NCBI GenBank assembly: GCA_024654025.1
Contig: JANLIR010000002.1
Span: 168,959-232,958 of the forward strand
Length of the DNA stretch: 64,000 nucleotides
Direction: 5' to 3'
DNA from: Candidatus Wolfebacteria bacterium
GTDB lineage: Bacteria; Patescibacteriota; Minisyncoccia; UBA6257; UBA9933
Part shown: in pieces, positions 24,267 to 32,570 of the stretch
Position numbering within the stretch: the stretch's first letter is position 1
How the letters are laid out: every line of letters starts with the position of its first letter
The notes under the pieces: model-generated
Told to the model about the DNA's origin: nothing
Databases searched by the model: none
The model's input: the letters and a program-made list of their open reading frames with translations, nothing else
Translations under genes and position numbers: made by a program

Positions 24267-26102
24267 TTAAATCGTCAAAGGTTTTAATCTAAATCCTTTT
24301 ATTAGCTTATCAAATTCTTCTCTTTCTATGGTTTCTTCAGACATTAGTTTTTTGGCAATAGCTTCCAAAACGTTTTTTCGCGAAGTGATTATTTTTTTGG
24401 CAGCCGTATAAGCGTGTTCAATAAATTTTTTTACTTCTTCGTCTATTTGCGTGGCCACTTTTTCCGAATAATTTTTTTCAGTGGCAATTTCTCTGCCCAA
24501 GAAAATCAACTCCTGCGTTTTGCCAAAAGTAATAGGCCCCAATTTTTCGCTCATTCCGAATTTTGTGACCAAACGTCTGGCTAATTCTGAAGCCATCTGC
24601 AAATCATTAGAAGCTCCGGTGGAAACATCTTTAAACATTATTTCTTCAGCTGAAAATCCGCCCATCATCACTGCTAAGTCGCTGATAAATTGCGTTTTTG
24701 TTTTTAAATGGACGTCTTCAGTAGGAAGTTTTAAAGTATATCCGCCTGCGTGTCCCCGCGCGACAACGGAAACTTTGTGCACTGGATCAGTGTTTTTTAA
24801 ACTCGCGGCGATTAAAGCGTGGCCTGCTTCGTGATAAGCGGTTATCTCTTTTTCTTTTTGGCTTAATACCCGGCTCCGTCTTTCGGGACCGAGCAGAACT
24901 TTTTCAATTGATTCGTAAAGGGCGTTTTGGGTGATTTCCTTTTCGCCTTTTCGGGCTGTTAAAATTGCGGCTTCGTTCAACATATTTTCTAAATCAGCGC
25001 CGGAAAATCCGGGCGTTCTGACGGCTATTTGTCTTAACACAACGGTTGGCGAAAGCGGTTTGCTCCGGCTGTGAATTTTCAAAATCGCTTCTCTGTCGTT
25101 AATGTCGGGCAGATCAAGAATAACTCTTCTATCAAATCTGCCTGGCCTAAGAAGCGCGGAATCCAAAACATCGGGTCTATTTGTGGCTGCCAAAACAATA
25201 ACATTCGTTTCGTTGTCAAAGCCGTCCATTTCAACCAAAATTTGGTTTAGAGTCTGTTCTCTTTCATCGTGGCCGCCGCCTAGTCCAGCGCCTCTTTCGC
25301 GGCCCACCGCGTCTATCTCATCTATAAATAATATTGCCGGAGATGCTCTTTTGGCTGTGGCAAAGGCGTCCCGAGTTCTTGAGGCTCCCACGCCTACAAA
25401 CATTTCCACAAATTCCGAAGCGGAAATATGGAAAAATGGCACTTCGGCCTCGCCCGCAACCGCCCGCGCCAGCAAGGTTTTGCCTGTTCCGGGCGAGCCT
25501 AGAAGCAAAACGCCTTTTGGAATTTTTGCCCCTATTTCAAGGTATTTTTTTGGATTTTTAAGAAAATCAACAACTTCCATCAATTCTTGTTTGGCTTCTT
25601 TTAGGCCAGCTACGTCGGAAAAGGTAATTTTATTTTTAAAAGACGAAAAAAGTTTGATATTCGCGCGGCCGAAAGTAAAGGCTTGATTCATTCCAGTTTT
25701 GGCCTGCCGGAATGTCATCCAAAAAAATGCTCCTATTAATATAATAGGAAGAAGAATAGGAATTAAAATACCAAGCCAGTATTTCCAGCCTGATTGTTCT
25801 TGGATTTCTAAAGAAACTTTTTGAAGCGCTACTGGGTCAACTCCGTAATTTTTTAGGGTTTCGCTTAATCCGGATTCGGCTTCTTTTTTGGAAACCGCTT
25901 TTTGGTTGTTTTTGAGGTCAATATTCAGGTCATTCCCCAGCACGGCGATTTTGGAAACCTCGCCGCTGTTAATTTTGGTTGCCAATTGGTCCAGAGAAAG
26001 CGTCTGGGTTTTTTCCTGGCCGGTATAAAAAGCTGAAAATAAGAACGCCAGTGCCAAAAGCGAAAAAATTATTCCTAAGATGTTTTTTGTGAGAAGTTTC
26101 AT
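24267..26102 (-). CDS. ftsH: ATP-dependent zinc metalloprotease FtsH
   Basis: Walker A GSPGTGKT, DEIDA, second region of homology, HEAGHAL zinc site. Start placed at MKLLTKN. Confidence 0.95.
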   Translation of the reverse strand: MKLLTKNILGIIFSLLALAFLFSAFYTGQEKTQTLSLDQLATKINSGEVSKIAVLGNDLNIDLKNNQKAVSKKEAESGLSETLKNYGVDPVALQKVSLEIQEQSGWKYWLGILIPILLPIILIGAFFWMTFRQAKTGMNQAFTFGRANIKLFSSFKNKITFSDVAGLKEAKQELMEVVDFLKNPKKYLEIGAKIPKGVLLLGSPGTGKTLLARAVAGEAEVPFFHISASEFVEMFVGVGASRTRDAFATAKRASPAILFIDEIDAVGRERGAGLGGGHDEREQTLNQILVEMDGFDNETNVIVLAATNRPDVLDSALLRPGRFDRRVILDLPDINDREAILKIHSRSKPLSPTVVLRQIAVRTPGFSGADLENMLNEAAILTARKGEKEITQNALYESIEKVLLGPERRSRVLSQKEKEITAYHEAGHALIAASLKNTDPVHKVSVVARGHAGGYTLKLPTEDVHLKTKTQFISDLAVMMGGFSAEEIMFKDVSTGASNDLQMASELARRLVTKFGMSEKLGPITFGKTQELIFLGREIATEKNYSEKVATQIDEEVKKFIEHAYTAAKKIITSRKNVLEAIAKKLMSEETIEREEFDKLIKGFRLKPLTI

Positions 26103-26251
26103 AAGTGTAAAATTAAAACAAAAGTAAAGTATATTAAGAATATTATCATACACTCCCCAAGATTAAAATCAAATTAAAGATATTTTTTATAAAAACAGGG
26201 GAGTCGCTTACGCGGCTCCCCGTCTCCGTTCGGCCGAAAGGAGATTCAGGT

Positions 26252-26506
26252 TCAGGTTACAGAAGGCTTTTTAAGGGGAGGCCTTACTTCGTCCACGACC
26301 TGGGCAAAGGCGGACGAGATCTGATGTTCCTCGGCGCCCACGCGAAAAATGAAGAAATCCCCCAAAGCATTTCTTTTTATCGCGTGAGCACCCACCTCTT
26401 TACCAGCGAACGCTCCCATGTAAATATTTTTCTTGACCCTGGGATTGTTGCTGATACGAATTCTGATTGTGCTCCCTCCCGTGAGTAATGCAATCGCTCT
26501 CTCCAT
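26252..26506 (-). CDS. hypothetical small protein (GC-rich cassette)
   Basis: Start moved to MERAIA (26506), preceded by cAGGGAGGaatctgggcATG. Followed by two GC hairpins (26197-26250). Confidence 0.45.
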   Translation of the reverse strand: MERAIALLTGGSTIRIRISNNPRVKKNIYMGAFAGKEVGAHAIKRNALGDFFIFRVGAEEHQISSAFAQVVDEVRPPLKKPSVT

Positions 26507-26660
26507 GCCCAGATTCCTCCCTGATTTCCTGATTTGGGTTCGTTGCGAATTTCGCCGAAAATCTCTAGCTATTTTACCGCTGTCACCTCCTTTCGATAAG
26601 ATAAGTGCAGATTTCATTATGCCAGAAATTAAATAAAAAGCAACCCCCTAAGGAAAATGA

Positions 26661-27524
26661 TTACGGGATTTTAAAAATTTTTATATTTTCTCCGTTTGCC
26701 TCAATTTTTATCAACCCGTCTTTATCGGTTCTGAAAATTTTAGATTCAACAGAGGCAAGCCGGTTTAAAATTTCTTTTGTCGGATGGCCGTAAGAATTTT
26801 TCCCCACCTCTATTATTGAGATTTTTGGATCAACAGCTTTTAAAAATTCTTCACTGGTTGAAAATTTCGATCCGTGATGGCCGACTTTTAAAATATCAAC
26901 GCTAAGATCGTATTTTCCAAGTAAGTGATTTTCGGTTTTAAAACCGATATCGCCGGTAAAAAGAATTTTAACCATCCGGCTTTCTAAAATTGAAACCAGC
27001 GCCGTTTCGTTTAATGTTTTAGTTGTTTTGGGCAAATTATTTTTTTCCGGCCAGATGAAATTCATGCGGTTGTTCAAATATTTTATTTTGTCTCCGGCCG
27101 ACAAGACAATTATCGGAACATTATTATTTTTTAAAATTTTCAAAAGTTCTGGCCAAGTATTTCCTCTGCCGTTCAGGCCGTTGAAAATAAACGCGCCTAT
27201 CCGGTATCTTTTAGCGACGTCAATTAAGCCGGTGAAATGATCGGCTTCGGCATGGGACAAAATAATCAGATCAATATAGTGATCGGTTGATGGTAAAGAT
27301 TTTGAAAGTTCCGTTAATATTTTTGAGTTCGGTCCGCCGTCCATCAAAATTTTTACATTGCCCGGAAGCACAACCAATTCGCTGTCGCCCTGGCCGACAT
27401 TTAAAAAATACGCTTGAAGATTTTTATGTCCGCCGTCAAATATTATCGAGTTCCAGATAAAAAAGTCAAAAATTATTAAAGCAGAGATGAAAATTTTTAT
27501 CTTGAAGTTCATATTGAAGTTCAT
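26661..27524 (-). CDS. ComEC C-terminal metallo-beta-lactamase domain protein
   Basis: VGQGDSELVV, ILSHAEADHFTGL, VGHHGS. Confidence 0.8.
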   Translation of the reverse strand: MNFNMNFKIKIFISALIIFDFFIWNSIIFDGGHKNLQAYFLNVGQGDSELVVLPGNVKILMDGGPNSKILTELSKSLPSTDHYIDLIILSHAEADHFTGLIDVAKRYRIGAFIFNGLNGRGNTWPELLKILKNNNVPIIVLSAGDKIKYLNNRMNFIWPEKNNLPKTTKTLNETALVSILESRMVKILFTGDIGFKTENHLLGKYDLSVDILKVGHHGSKFSTSEEFLKAVDPKISIIEVGKNSYGHPTKEILNRLASVESKIFRTDKDGLIKIEANGENIKIFKIP

Positions 27525-28987
27525 ATTGCGAAATTATGCCGAGGTTGATTAAGCCGGCGCTGAACTTTTCTTTTAATATAGACGACGAATAAAATTAAAA
27601 GAGTGTAATAAATGATTATTCCTAGCGCGCCAAAAGAGATTTTTAAAGGCACTGCGATTTTCCCAAAAAAATTTATTATTGCCAGTTCGTAATACAAAAA
27701 TAAATGAAGGAACCAGCCTAAAATTTGCGACAGAGAATAAGAAAAAAACCCGATAAATCCGGTAAAAAATCCGACGCCCATCGTAAAAGGAATAAGCCAT
27801 AATATTAAAACATTCGCCAATATCGAAAGAAGAGAAAATTTTCCAAAAGAAGAAATAAGAATTGGCAAAACCGCCAGCTGGGCCGAAGCGGTTGATATTA
27901 AAATTTCTTTCCACTGGGCAATTTCTTTTCCCAGTTTCAAAAAATCTTTAATCGCCGGAGAAAGATAAGCAATTCCCATTAAAGCCAAAAAAGAAAGTTG
28001 GAACCCAATATCAAAAGCCAAAATTTTCGGGTTTTGTAAAATCATCAAAAAAGCGGAAACGCTCATCGCGTTTCGAAACGAATAAATCCGGCCGATTTGT
28101 TTTCCTAAAAGCGCAACCGAACCCATAATCGCGGCTCTCGCGACCGAAGCTTCGGCGCCGGTCATCAGCACAAACCCCAAAATAATTATCAGCGTCATTG
28201 CAAAAGCGATGTTTTTTCTAAAATAGAACGCGAATAAAAAAGCGGCCGTGGAAACTATAACGGTTATGTTGTATCCCGAAAGCGCCACAATGTGCGTTGT
28301 CCCGGAATTACTCATCGCATCTTTTAAATTTTTGGAAAATTCCGACCGTTCTCCTAATGTTAGTCCCGAAGCCAAAGCCGCTTCTTCTTGAGGTAAAATT
28401 TTTTGGAGCGCTAAAACAAATTTTTCTTTAAATGAAAACAAGACGGATTTTATTTTCGATCCTTGGTTCGTCTTTATTAAACTCGTTTTCGGATAAACGG
28501 AAACAGCCGATATTTCGTTTTTAGCCAAATAGTTCGCGTAAGAGCCCTCCGGTTTTTTAATTATTCCTTCGAAATTTAATTTATCGCCATAATTGAACTC
28601 AGGATAGGGTTTTAAAGTTATTAAAATTTTTCCTTTATAGGGCGCTTGCAGGGCAACCGCAATTTTTTGGCTCGCCCCTCTTTGCGGATAGTCGCTGACA
28701 ATGCCTAAAAAACTTATTTTCTTGTCAAAGGGAGCGAAAAAACCTTTTTGCATTTGGAAATTTACCCAAAAATAATACAAAGCTCCGGCAACGATAATCA
28801 AAGAAAGAAACGAAAGTTTTTTGAAATCAATTTTCGGTTTTAGATGAAAATAATGAAGCGTCAAAATTAAAGCCGCCAACAAAGCGGTTATAAGAATAAT
28901 TATTAAAAATTTTAAATTCAAACTGGCAAGTAAAACTCCAACGAGAAAAAAGAATATGGAATAAAAAGCGATGTCGTGGATTCTCAT
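27521..28987 (-). CDS. comEC: ComEC/Rec2 competence channel (membrane part)
   Basis: Polytopic. GTTHIVALSGYNITV and GAEASVARAAIMG motifs. 4-nt overlap with the MBL ORF. Confidence 0.8.
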   Translation of the reverse strand: MRIHDIAFYSIFFFLVGVLLASLNLKFLIIILITALLAALILTLHYFHLKPKIDFKKLSFLSLIIVAGALYYFWVNFQMQKGFFAPFDKKISFLGIVSDYPQRGASQKIAVALQAPYKGKILITLKPYPEFNYGDKLNFEGIIKKPEGSYANYLAKNEISAVSVYPKTSLIKTNQGSKIKSVLFSFKEKFVLALQKILPQEEAALASGLTLGERSEFSKNLKDAMSNSGTTHIVALSGYNITVIVSTAAFLFAFYFRKNIAFAMTLIIILGFVLMTGAEASVARAAIMGSVALLGKQIGRIYSFRNAMSVSAFLMILQNPKILAFDIGFQLSFLALMGIAYLSPAIKDFLKLGKEIAQWKEILISTASAQLAVLPILISSFGKFSLLSILANVLILWLIPFTMGVGFFTGFIGFFSYSLSQILGWFLHLFLYYELAIINFFGKIAVPLKISFGALGIIIYYTLLILFVVYIKRKVQRRLNQPRHNFAI

Positions 28988-29505
28988 TAAAATTCAATAC
29001 CGGCACGAGCTGATTTTTTGTTTTTTTGGAAAGGATGTTTTATTTCTTTCATTTCCGTTACAAGGTCCGCGATCCTGATTAAGGATTTAGGCGCGTTTCT
29101 GCCAGTCAGTATAAGATCTGTTTTTTCCGGAAGGAATTTAATAATTTTTAAAACAGCAGAAGCTTTAAGGAGTTTTAAATCAACCGCGTTATTTATCTCG
29201 TCCAAAATTATTAAATCGTATTTTTTTGAAGCGATTGATTTTTTCGCCAGTTGCAAGCCCTCCTGGGCCGATGCTCGGTGTTTTTTAAAAGGGAGCTTGT
29301 CGCCGAGGATTTTAACGAATCCTTTGCCGGTTTTAATTATCCGGAGATTTTTTATTTTTTTGGCGAATTTATCTTCGCCGGAAATCCAAGGCCCTTTTAT
29401 AAATTGTATTACTAAAACTTTTTTCCCCTGTCCCAATGCCCGAATTGCTTGGCCCAAAGCGGCGGTAGTTTTTCCTTTTCCGTTTCCCGTAAAGACAATA
29501 ATCAT
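28987..29505 (-). CDS. ATP:cob(I)alamin adenosyltransferase (CobO/BtuR family)
   Basis: MIIVFTGNGKGKTTAALGQAIRALGQGKKVLVIQFIKG...ILDEIN. Confidence 0.8.
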   Translation of the reverse strand: MIIVFTGNGKGKTTAALGQAIRALGQGKKVLVIQFIKGPWISGEDKFAKKIKNLRIIKTGKGFVKILGDKLPFKKHRASAQEGLQLAKKSIASKKYDLIILDEINNAVDLKLLKASAVLKIIKFLPEKTDLILTGRNAPKSLIRIADLVTEMKEIKHPFQKNKKSARAGIEF

Positions 29506-29552
29506 ATATATTGTATTTAATCATAAAATTAAGGCTCTATCTACGCCTATTG

Positions 29553-29690
29553 CCCCGCACTAAAACAGAAATATTAACTCTTGTTTTGAGAAAAGCTAAG
29601 TATTAAGGATGAAATTTTATATAGAAAATTGGGTCTATTTTTTAAAACGTAGTACGAGTTATTTCATTTAATTTCTGTTTAGTGACGGGA
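29553..29690. repeat. inverted-repeat element with CCCCGCAC-type arms
   Basis: CCCCGCACTAAAACAGAAAT (29553-29572) against ATTTCTGTTTAGTGACGGGA (29671-29690). Imperfect, with about 98 nt between arms. Confidence 0.5.
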
Positions 29691-29803
29691 CTGCGCCCAC
29701 CCCACTTTTAAAGCACCCAAAAAGTAGGGATGGGCTTGCATTCTTTTGTTTTTTCATTTAGACTATTTTTCGTGCCTAAGTGCACTTTTTTATTAATAAT
29801 AAA

Positions 29804-30562
29804 ATGGATACTGAAGTAAAAAATTCAAAAACAGAAGAAATTGCCGAAGAAATAGCCGAAACTTCGCCGGAGGGCGTTGATTTTGAGGTGCTTAAAGAAA
29901 TGGCTGAAGCCGGAATTATGTACGGCCATAAAAAAACCCGAACCGTGCCGAAGTTCAAGCAGTATATATTTATGACTCGAAACGGCATTGAAATTATTGA
30001 TTTGGCCAAGACAGCTAAAGCCATAGAAAAAGCCGCCGAGTTTCTAAACGAGCAAATTAAAAACAAAAAAACCGTTCTTTTGGTAGCTACTCAACCAGCC
30101 GCGTGGGAAGCTGTCCAGTCGATGGCTAAAAAATTCAGTTTGCCGATGATAAAAAATAAGTGGATTGGCGGGCTAATCACCAATTTCAAAGTTATTTACT
30201 CGCGATTGGAATATTATAGGAAAATCGGCCAGGGCATGGAAAAAGGCGAATACGAAAAATATACCAAAAAAGAAAGAACGGTAATAAATAAGAACGCTGA
30301 AAGAATGGGTAGAATGTTTGAAGGTTTAGAACGATTGGAAAATACGCCAGATGCTTTGTTTATTATAGACACTTCTCTTAAAAACCATATGACGGCCGTA
30401 AAAGAGGCAAGAATAAAAGAACTTCCGATTGTTGCCATTATCGACAGCGACGATAACCCCGAGCTTATTGATTATCCCATCCCGGCCAACGATCATTCAA
30501 AAAACAGTATTGAATGGATTATAAATCGGATTATAATGAAAGTCAGCGAAGAAAATTCGTAA
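29804..30562 (+). CDS. rpsB: 30S ribosomal protein S2
   Basis: GIMYGHKKTRTVPKFKQYIF..RNGIEIIDL, LLVATQ, IIDSDDNPELIDYPIPANDHS. Start placed at MDTEVK. Confidence 0.93.
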   Translation: MDTEVKNSKTEEIAEEIAETSPEGVDFEVLKEMAEAGIMYGHKKTRTVPKFKQYIFMTRNGIEIIDLAKTAKAIEKAAEFLNEQIKNKKTVLLVATQPAAWEAVQSMAKKFSLPMIKNKWIGGLITNFKVIYSRLEYYRKIGQGMEKGEYEKYTKKERTVINKNAERMGRMFEGLERLENTPDALFIIDTSLKNHMTAVKEARIKELPIVAIIDSDDNPELIDYPIPANDHSKNSIEWIINRIIMKVSEENS

Positions 30563-30563
30563 A

Positions 30564-31004
30564 ATGGTTAATTCAATCCAACAATTAAGAGACATCACCG
30601 GCGCGGGAGTGATGGAGTGCAAACGCGCTTTAGAAGAGGCCGACAACGATTTGGAAAAAGCCAAGGCCATAATTTTTGAAAAAGGATTGGTCAAGGCGGA
30701 CAAAAAAAGCGAGCGTTCAACCGGTTCCGGAATTTTGGAAACTTACGTTCACAACGGAAGAGTCGCGGTTCTTTTGAAGCTTTTGTGCGAAACCGACTTT
30801 GTTGCCAGAAATGATTTGTTTAAAGAATTAGCGCACCAAATTGCCATGCATATAGCCGCGATGAACCCTGAAAACATAGACGAGTTGCTTAAACAGAATT
30901 TTATAATGAACGAAGAAATTACCGTGGAAGATCTTATCAAACAAAGCATCGCCAAACTTGGCGAAAATATGAAACTTGAAAAATTCTGCCGCTACGAATT
31001 ATAG
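30564..31004 (+). CDS. tsf: elongation factor Ts (short form)
   Basis: IQQLRDITGAGVMECKRALEEADNDLEKA, ETDFVARND. Confidence 0.9.
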   Translation: MVNSIQQLRDITGAGVMECKRALEEADNDLEKAKAIIFEKGLVKADKKSERSTGSGILETYVHNGRVAVLLKLLCETDFVARNDLFKELAHQIAMHIAAMNPENIDELLKQNFIMNEEITVEDLIKQSIAKLGENMKLEKFCRYEL

Positions 31005-31034
31005 TTCTCATATTGTATAATTAAAATTGTGAAT

Positions 31035-31478
31035 ATGACTATTAGTTTTGTTTTCGAAATCATATTGATGGCGAGCTTGGGGGCCATGATTTATCTTGTG
31101 GCTCGGGCTGTGCCGCGCGTAAACGACACGGTTTTGGACGAAGGTTCGATAAATAAAGGACTTGGAGAAAGATTCGGTAAATTTATCGATTCTCTTCCTA
31201 TAGAAAAAGCGGACCTGACAATCAGCCGCATTTTGGAGAGGGCGTTAAGAAATTTGAAATTATTGGTAATGAGAGTTGATAACAAGTTAAGCCAGCATTT
31301 GACGAAATTTAAGGCCAAGATTATGAATGGCGAACAAAACGGCAAAAAGCCCACGCTGTTTTCAGTTTCAAACGAGGATAAAGAAAATGGAAATAATTCT
31401 GATATTTCTCCAGCCGAAGAATTATTGAAAGAAACTTCTGATCTTGAAAAAAATAAAAAAGAAGCGGAGGATATATAA
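31035..31478 (+). CDS. hypothetical membrane-anchored protein
   Basis: One N-terminal TM helix. No family recognised. Confidence 0.4.
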   Translation: MTISFVFEIILMASLGAMIYLVARAVPRVNDTVLDEGSINKGLGERFGKFIDSLPIEKADLTISRILERALRNLKLLVMRVDNKLSQHLTKFKAKIMNGEQNGKKPTLFSVSNEDKENGNNSDISPAEELLKETSDLEKNKKEAEDI

Positions 31479-31483
31479 AACTT

Positions 31484-31567
31484 GCGCAGGTGGCGGAGTG
31501 GTCAATCGCAACAGACTGTAAATCTGTCGCCCTTGTGGCTACGGGGGTTCGAATCCCTCCCTGCGCA
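31484..31567 (+). tRNA. tRNA-Tyr(GUA)
   Basis: GCGCAGG TG GCGG AGTGGTCAA TCGC A ACAGA CTGTAAA TCTGT, long V arm, GGGGG TTCGAAT CCCTC CCTGCGC A. Confidence 0.9.
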
Positions 31568-31579
31568 CACTTTTTTGTC

Positions 31580-31760
31580 GCCGAAGTAGCTCAGTGGCAG
31601 AGCAACTGTTTTGCGTCAGCCCCGTTAGATATGCCGGGATAGCTCAGTGGTAGAGCAACTGTTTTGTAAACAGTAGGTCGTCGGTTCGAATCCGACTCTC
31701 GGCTCTCTCGGTGTATCTAACGGGGTAAATAGGTCGCGAGTTCGAATCTCGCCTTCGGCT
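31580..31760 (+). tRNA. Thr-like tRNA shell interrupted by a complete tRNA-Thr (outer gene; possibly a pseudogene)
   Basis: 5' part GCCGAAG TA GCTC AGTGGCA GAGC A ACTGT TTTG... 3' part ...TAAAT AGGTC GCGAG TTCGAAT CTCGC CTTCGGC T. The acceptor pairs perfectly. The 3' anticodon-stem strand is missing. Confidence 0.45.
31633..31704 (+). tRNA. tRNA-Thr(UGU), nested
   Basis: GCCGGGA TA GCTC AGTGGTA GAGC A ACTGT TTTGTAA ACAGT AGGTC GTCGG TTCGAAT CCGAC TCTCGGC T. Confidence 0.9.
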
Positions 31761-31770
31761 CTAGACAAAA

Positions 31771-31842
31771 GCCAGAGTAGTTCAGTGGTAGAACGCTTTC
31801 TTGGTAAGAAAGAGGTCGGGAGTCCGATTCTCCCCTCTGGCT
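31771..31842 (+). tRNA. tRNA-Thr(GGU)
   Basis: GCCAGAG TA GTTC AGTGGTA GAAC G CTTTC TTGGTAA GAAAG AGGTC GGGAG TCCGATT CTCCC CTCTGGC T. The T loop reads TCCGATT rather than TTCGAxx. Confidence 0.85.
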
Positions 31843-31919
31843 CAAAATTAACTTTTAACAAGCAATTCGTAACCAGTAACGGATATTTTTATAAAAACTT
31901 GAAAAGTTACGGATTCTGC

Positions 31920-31954
31920 GTTATAAGTTAATAGTTACAAGTTACTAGTTAATA
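31920..31954. repeat. 5 x 7-nt heptad array just upstream of rpmG
   Basis: GTTATAA GTTAATA GTTACAA GTTACTA GTTAATA. Confidence 0.75.
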
Positions 31955-31960
31955 ATTATT

Positions 31961-32131
31961 ATGGCTAAAACAAAAGCAAAAACCCAGTTAATTCGGCTAC
32001 GCTGTCAAATCTGCAAGAGGATTAATTATTACAGCAAGAAAAACAAAGGGTCAGCTGAAAAAAAAATTGAGTTAAAAAAATATTGCAAGTGGTGCCAAAA
32101 ATCCATAGTTCATAAAGAAGCCAAAAAATAA
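31961..32131 (+). CDS. rpmG: 50S ribosomal protein L33
   Basis: Hand translation: MAKTKAKTQLIRLRCQICKRINYYSKKNKGSAEKKIELKKYCKWCQKSIVHKEAKK*. CxxC...CxxC zinc ribbon. Below the ORF-track size cutoff. Confidence 0.9.
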   Translation: MAKTKAKTQLIRLRCQICKRINYYSKKNKGSAEKKIELKKYCKWCQKSIVHKEAKK

Positions 32132-32141
32132 TTTTGGCTTT

Positions 32142-32212
32142 GGGAGCTTAGTTAAGTGGCATAATAGTTGTCTCCAAAACAACGGTCGGGGGTTCGATTC
32201 CCTCAGCTCCCG
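32142..32212 (+). tRNA. tRNA-Trp(CCA)
   Basis: GGGAGCT TA GTTA AGTGGCA TAAT A GTTGT CTCCAAA ACAAC GGTC GGGGG TTCGATT CCCTC AGCTCCC G. Confidence 0.9.
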
Positions 32213-32281
32213 CGAAATATTCGATAAAAATCTCGTATTTTGTCAATTGATAGCCCACCCTTTTTTTGCTATACTTCCGAC

Positions 32282-32406
32282 GGAGCTCTGGTAGTGATTC
32301 TCGGATCAAATTATTTGCGAGGGGAGGATAAAAGTGCTTTAACTTCATTGTTAGGGTTGAATCCGCCCACCTGGCACTAGCCGGGATAATCCAACACCAG
32401 GGCTCC
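32282..32406 (+). ncRNA. candidate structured RNA, possibly SRP (4.5S-like) RNA
   Basis: An 11-bp closing helix GGAGCTCTGGT / ACCAGGGCTCC, plus GATT/AATC and CTCGG/CCGGG helices. The 5' (GCUCUGGU..UUCUC) and 3' (GCCGGGAU...CAGGGCUCC) strands resemble E. coli 4.5S. I could not recognise the apical GGAA/AGCA motif. Confidence 0.3.
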
Positions 32407-32570
32407 TTTTGCGCTTACGCTAACACGATACTAATATACTAATTTTACTAATGATACGAATTGGATACGAATTCGTATTTATTAGTATCATTCGAATGCA
32501 TTCGTCCTTCGACTTACTCAGGACGACCCTGAGTCGGTCGAATGGGTCGTATATTGGTATCACAATCACA

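Noticed and set aside
25102-25686. 194-aa and 75-aa plus-strand ORFs
   Set aside because: They lie antisense to the unambiguous ftsH gene. No motifs.
26507-26617. Upstream 37 codons of ORF 26252-26617
   Set aside because: A strong GGGAGG RBS precedes the internal ATG at 26506. There is none before 26617.
26661-28987. Split comEC as a pseudogene
   Set aside because: Both ORFs are full length with intact motifs and a 4-nt coupled overlap, so the arrangement is treated as a genuine two-gene organisation.
29018-29563. 181-aa plus-strand ORF
   Set aside because: It lies antisense to the CobO/BtuR-family gene, which has a clear P-loop.
32451-32570. 40-aa N-terminal extension of the cysteine desulfurase ORF
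   Set aside because: It is encoded by palindromic repeat DNA (the ATACGAATTCGTAT and TCCTTCG..CTCAGGA elements). The conserved protein starts at MRRFYFDYAATTP.
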